Assembly (NCBI GenBank): GCA_964457525.1
Contig: CAYWGS010000030.1
Location: forward strand, 1 to 9,361
Length of the DNA: 9,361 nucleotides
Direction: 5' to 3'
DNA from: an uncultured Erysipelotrichaceae bacterium
GTDB taxonomy: Bacteria > Bacillota_I > Bacilli_A > Erysipelotrichales > Erysipelotrichaceae
The position numbers and the translations under genes are program-made. Shown in pieces: positions 6,020-9,361 of the stretch. Numbering within the stretch: position 1 is the first letter of the stretch; every line of letters begins with the position of its first letter. The notes below the pieces were generated by a model that did no database searches, was not told the origin of the DNA, and worked only from the letters and a program-made list of their open reading frames with translations.

Positions 6020-7882
6020 CTAAGCGTCCGTCTTTTTACCTTTATTCAAATAGGTCTTCAATACCACCATATCTGCTGGATTCACCCCAGAGATACGAGA
6101 AGCTTGCCCTAATGTAAGTGGTTTTATCTTAGACATACGTTGTTTACCCTCTATTGAAAGATGTGGAATTGCATTATAATCCAAATCTTGAGGGATCTTC
6201 ACATTATCTAATGTATGTAAACGTTCTACTTCACGAATTGCTTTTTGTATATATCCTTCATACTTTGTTTCTATTTCTGCCATATTTAAAACATCCACAG
6301 AATACTTCTCTAGATCGATGTATGGGTTCAACTCAACAATACTAATTCTTGGTCGTTTTAATATTTCGTAAGCCGTAATGCCTTCATTAAAGTGTGGATA
6401 TTCTTTTTCGACTAAGAATGGATAAATCCCATCCTTCATGGTAAAACGTTTAGCCTTTAACAATTCAATCAATTCCGCTAAATCACTCTTCATTTGTACA
6501 ACTTTAGCGTAACGTTCTTCTGTTAGTAGTCCAACACGATGTCCATGTTCACTCAAACGCATTTCCGCATTATCATGACGTAATAAGAGACGATGCTCCG
6601 CACGTGAGGTTAATAAACGATACGGTTCCACAACACCCTTGGTTACTAAATCATCAATCATAACCCCAATATACGCTTCATCACGATGTAAGATGAGTGG
6701 TTCTTTACCTTGTAGTTTTAGAACTGCATTAATTCCAGCCATTAAGCCTTGTCCAGCTGCTTCTTCATAACCACTGGTTCCATTAATCTGACCTGCACTA
6801 AATAATCCTGATACTGTTTTAACTTCTAAGCTAGGATAGAGTTGTGTTGGATCAATCGCATCATATTCAATCGCATATGCATATTTATCAATGACACAAT
6901 TTTCAAAGCCAGGTAATGAACGAATCATCTTATCCTGAACATCATGTGGCATTGATGTTGAAAATCCTTGAATGTAGGTTGTATCTAAATGTCTTGATTC
7001 GGGTTCTAAGAAGATTTGGTGACGTTCTTTATCGCTAAAACGTACGAGCTTATCTTCAATGGATGGACAGTAACGAGGTCCAACTCCTTCAACTAAGCCA
7101 GAATACATCGCAGAACGATTTAAGTTTAACTTAATCACTTCATGTGTTTCTGGTTGTGTATAAATGAGGTAACACGGAACCTGTTCCTGAGGGTAATCTT
7201 CTGGTTTTGTATCTAAAGAGAAATGAATAAAATGTTCATCCCCTGGTTGAATCAAACCATGACTAAAATCAATCGAATTGGTTTTAATTCGAGGCGGTGT
7301 TCCAGTCTTTAACCTAAAGGTCTTTAACCCTAATTGACGTAAAGACTCCGAAAGTTTATTGGTTGTTCGTTGATTATCCGGTCCAGAACTTGTGGCAGTA
7401 CTACCAACCAAGATCTTAGAACTCATGTAGGTTCCACTCGTTACAATCACCGCATCTGCTGCCATGAATCCACGTTTCTCACATTGAATTCCCTTCACAA
7501 CCCCATCTTCGACCACAATGCTTTCTACCATATCTTCCACAACCTCTAAATTCTTCGTATTGTGTACGATATCATGCATCATTTTGGAGTATTCTATTTT
7601 ATCGGATTGTACGCGTAAACACTGTACACCCGGTCCTTTTGTACTATTTAATAACTTAAATTGTAGTGCGGTCTTATCCGCTGTTATTCCCATTTGACCC
7701 CCTAGGGCATCAATCTCACGAACAACAATTCCTTTTGCAGGTCCACCAACCGATGGATTACATGGCATAACCGCAATCTTAGACGCGTCCATGGTTAAAA
7801 GACTGGTCTTAACGCCCATTCTAGCACTTGATAATGCGGCTTCAACGCCTGCGTGTCCTGCTCCTATTACAACAATATGCAT
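6020..7882 (-). CDS. mnmG: tRNA uridine 5-carboxymethylaminomethyl modification enzyme MnmG (GidA)
   Basis: FAD fold VIGAGHAGVEAA, plus MPCNPSVGGPAKG, GPRYCPSIEDK and GQINGTSGYEEAAGQG. The start is moved to the ATG at 7882 (MHIVVIGAGHAG), preceded by AAAGGTGA with 4-nt spacing. The track ORF start at 7942 adds 20 unconserved residues with no SD. Confidence 0.95.
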   Translation of the reverse strand: MHIVVIGAGHAGVEAALSSARMGVKTSLLTMDASKIAVMPCNPSVGGPAKGIVVREIDALGGQMGITADKTALQFKLLNSTKGPGVQCLRVQSDKIEYSKMMHDIVHNTKNLEVVEDMVESIVVEDGVVKGIQCEKRGFMAADAVIVTSGTYMSSKILVGSTATSSGPDNQRTTNKLSESLRQLGLKTFRLKTGTPPRIKTNSIDFSHGLIQPGDEHFIHFSLDTKPEDYPQEQVPCYLIYTQPETHEVIKLNLNRSAMYSGLVEGVGPRYCPSIEDKLVRFSDKERHQIFLEPESRHLDTTYIQGFSTSMPHDVQDKMIRSLPGFENCVIDKYAYAIEYDAIDPTQLYPSLEVKTVSGLFSAGQINGTSGYEEAAGQGLMAGINAVLKLQGKEPLILHRDEAYIGVMIDDLVTKGVVEPYRLLTSRAEHRLLLRHDNAEMRLSEHGHRVGLLTEERYAKVVQMKSDLAELIELLKAKRFTMKDGIYPFLVEKEYPHFNEGITAYEILKRPRISIVELNPYIDLEKYSVDVLNMAEIETKYEGYIQKAIREVERLHTLDNVKIPQDLDYNAIPHLSIEGKQRMSKIKPLTLGQASRISGVNPADMVVLKTYLNKGKKTDA

Positions 7883-7984
7883 ATGTTCACCTTTTTGCCT
7901 TATTATAATACCATAGACGTCAATAGGCACGTGATATGACATAATTTAGTTAAAAGTGGTAAACTTATCATTGAGGTTAAAATT
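7883..7984. promoter_or_regulatory. Divergent promoter region between mnmG and the VIT1-family gene
   Basis: This 102-bp spacer must carry promoters for both divergent units. The perfect palindrome TATTATAATA (7901-7910) presents TATAAT on both strands (plus 7904-7909, minus 7907-7902). A minus-strand TTGACG (7923-7918) is only 10 nt from that -10, which is non-canonical spacing. An alternative plus-strand extended -10, TGaCATAAT, is at 7937-7945. The SD GAGGT at 7973-7977 serves the ATG at 7985. Confidence 0.5.
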
Positions 7985-8854
7985 ATGAATGAACAATTAC
8001 TAAACGTCGTAAAAGCGATGCAAAAAGCAGAAATTACAGGCTATCACTCGTATCAAATGATTGCGAAGAAAGTCAAAGATTCCCACAATAAATCACTTAT
8101 CCTAAAAATGGCTGGGGAAGAAATGAAGCACTATCAAATATGGAAGTCCTACACTAAGATGGATATCCAACCGGATCGTCTTCAACTTATGATTTATTCC
8201 ATCTCTAATTTCGTATTTGGCTTTACTTTCACACTTAAGATTATGGAAAAGTTAGAAGATAAAGCGAATGCTCTCTATGAGAAATACAGTGTCGATCTTC
8301 CTGAAGCTAAACATATCTCTGAGGAAGAAGAAGCCCATGAAAAAGAACTCATTGCGATGTTGGATGAAGAACGTCTTCAATATGTTGGTTCGATGGTTCT
8401 TGGTTTAAATGATGCGTTAGTTGAACTTACAGGTACTCTAGCGGGTCTTAGCTTAGCTCTACAAAACACAAAACTCATCGCATTATCTGGCTTAGTGACG
8501 GGTATCTCCGCAACTCTCTCCATGATGAGTAGTGAATACTTATCCTCTCGTAGTGAAGGTGCAGAACATCCATTCAAAGCCGCATCCTATACAGGTATCA
8601 TGTATATTGCAGCGGTTATTATGCTTGTATTACCGTATTTACTCTTTGATTCACAACACTATCTATGGGCATTGGGAACAATGTTAATCATCGTTATATT
8701 AATTATCTTAGTGTTTACCTTCTATGTATCGGTTGCGCAAGATCTACCATTCAAGAAACGTTTCCTTGAAATGGCCACAATCTCCATTTCCGTTGCGGCT
8801 ATCGCATTCGTTATAGGAGTTATCGTTAAACAAGTATTAGGCATCGATGTATAA
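7985..8854 (+). CDS. VIT1/CCC1-family iron/manganese transporter with an N-terminal ferritin-like (erythrin) domain, MbfA-like
   Basis: The N-terminal ~130 aa carry ExxH-type di-iron motifs (EEMKH, EEEAH) as in rubrerythrin/ferritin-like domains. The C-terminal half has the VIT1 signature GLNDALVELTGTLAGL and several TM segments. There is a good SD and a downstream terminator. Confidence 0.85.
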   Translation: MNEQLLNVVKAMQKAEITGYHSYQMIAKKVKDSHNKSLILKMAGEEMKHYQIWKSYTKMDIQPDRLQLMIYSISNFVFGFTFTLKIMEKLEDKANALYEKYSVDLPEAKHISEEEEAHEKELIAMLDEERLQYVGSMVLGLNDALVELTGTLAGLSLALQNTKLIALSGLVTGISATLSMMSSEYLSSRSEGAEHPFKAASYTGIMYIAAVIMLVLPYLLFDSQHYLWALGTMLIIVILIILVFTFYVSVAQDLPFKKRFLEMATISISVAAIAFVIGVIVKQVLGIDV

Positions 8855-8873
8855 GCACTTCGGTGCTTTTTTT
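8854..8873 (+). terminator. Rho-independent terminator of the VIT1-family gene
   Basis: AGCAC-TTCG-GTGCT hairpin (8854-8867) with a UUCG-type tetraloop, followed by a run of seven T (8867-8873). It starts at the last base of the TAA stop. Confidence 0.7.
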
Positions 8874-9156
8874 ATCTTTCTTCTAATACAAGTCTTAATC
8901 CTAATCCATCCACAATTCTTAATAAAGTATCTAAATTAGGTATATGCTTCTCTTTCTCAAGTCTAGATATTGCTTGTTGGGAGACCTGAGCTTTCTTCGC
9001 TAATTCCACTTGCGTAATATTAAGTTTCTTTCTCATTACTACAATCTGTTCAATCAGTTCATACTCTTTTTTAACTTGATTAAAATGAGTTTCCAACTCT
9101 TTATTTTTTAACTCATCATTTAGAATCCCTTTAATATCAACTTTTTCAAATGGCAT
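8872..9156 (-). CDS. XRE-family helix-turn-helix protein, putative HigA-like antitoxin
   Basis: HTH core LNITQVELAKKAQVSQQAISRLEKEKHIPNLDTLLRIV follows a ~40-aa N-terminal extension. AGGAG (9167-9163) lies 6 nt upstream of the ATG. The gene sits immediately downstream of a RelE/ParE-like ORF. Confidence 0.8.
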   Translation of the reverse strand: MPFEKVDIKGILNDELKNKELETHFNQVKKEYELIEQIVVMRKKLNITQVELAKKAQVSQQAISRLEKEKHIPNLDTLLRIVDGLGLRLVLEER

Positions 9157-9165
9157 ATTTATCTC

Positions 9166-9361
9166 CTAATCAATTTCCTTTGCGCGCTTTAGCACGATAT
9201 TCCTATCATTCTTTTCTGCTTTATTCTTTTGTTTCTTACAAGCATGTAATATATACAAATCTACATTATTCTTCAAAACATAAAACAGTCGATTATGTTT
9301 CCTAAATTTAATCTCATATATTTTATCAGTAAAATGTTTTACATCTAAATGCTCAAATACA
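9166..9361 (-). CDS. RelE/ParE-superfamily toxin (phage Gp49-like/HigB-like), 5'-truncated by the window edge
   Basis: This ORF is not in the ORF track. The minus strand from 9360 to 9166 reads VFEHLDVKHFTDKIYEIKFRKHNRLFYVLKNNVDLYILHACKKQKNKAEKNDRNIVLKRAKEID*. This matches the C-terminal two thirds of Gp49-like toxins (pattern: lyElRi...yRifY...n.ivlLHaf.KKtqKtp..ei..A..R). The TAG at 9168-9166 overlaps the antitoxin SD. Confidence 0.75.
   Translation of the reverse strand, partial: VFEHLDVKHFTDKIYEIKFRKHNRLFYVLKNNVDLYILHACKKQKNKAEKNDRNIVLKRAKEID

Noticed and set aside
6154-6345. 63-aa plus-strand ORF antisense to mnmG
   Set aside because: It lies inside mnmG on the opposite strand and has no support.
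6393-6401. DnaA-box-like 9-mer TGTGGATAT (8/9 match to TGTGGATAA)
   Set aside because: It is a single isolated site inside mnmG coding sequence. There is no cluster of boxes and no adjacent AT-rich unwinding element, so it is not evidence for oriC.
7928-7933. CACGTG palindrome, and a TGATAAG half-site nearby on the minus strand, considered as parS or a Fur/PerR operator upstream of the iron transporter gene
   Set aside because: The flanks of CACGTG do not match parS. The Fur-like and PerR-like matches are single half-sites (the best 15-mer matches about 9 of 14 positions), which is within chance expectation in AT-rich DNA.
7883-7942. 20-codon N-terminal extension of mnmG in the ORF track (MSYHVPIDVYGIIIRQKGEH)
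   Set aside because: The extension is not conserved-looking, has no SD, and would occupy most of the divergent promoter region. The ATG at 7882 has a strong AAAGGTGA SD and begins right at the FAD-binding fold. Similar reasoning rejects the extensions at 2877-2906 (mnmE) and 1128-1154 (tatD).
8377-8577. 66-aa minus-strand ORF antisense to the VIT1-family gene
   Set aside because: It lies inside the conserved VIT1 membrane-domain coding region on the opposite strand and has no support.

Overview
AT-rich window that uses the standard genetic code (TGA is a stop at 1114-1116), consistent with a low-GC Bacillota-type chromosome. About 80% of it is one tightly packed minus-strand housekeeping cluster read from 7882 down to 366: mnmG, rsmG, noc (ParB paralog), parA/soj, parB/spo0J, mnmE, an RDD-family membrane protein and a TatD-family hydrolase. 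To the left is a small stand-alone gene for a 70-aa two-TM protein bracketed by terminator-like hairpins, plus the last 19 codons of an upstream gene. To the right, divergent from mnmG, is a ferritin-like/VIT1 (MbfA-like) metal transporter gene. Beyond it lies a convergent type II toxin-antitoxin pair; its RelE/ParE-superfamily toxin is cut by the window edge and is absent from the supplied ORF track. I see no rRNA, tRNA, CRISPR array, transposase, long repeat or large unexplained intergenic space. The largest non-coding gaps are about 130 and 100 bp. All product calls come from motif recognition by eye, with no database search. I do not find a convincing novel system here. This is mainly conserved origin-proximal core genome, and the findings below are modest: start-site corrections, an unusual gene order, a Noc lacking the N-terminal helix, a possible leaderless rsmG and the edge TA module.
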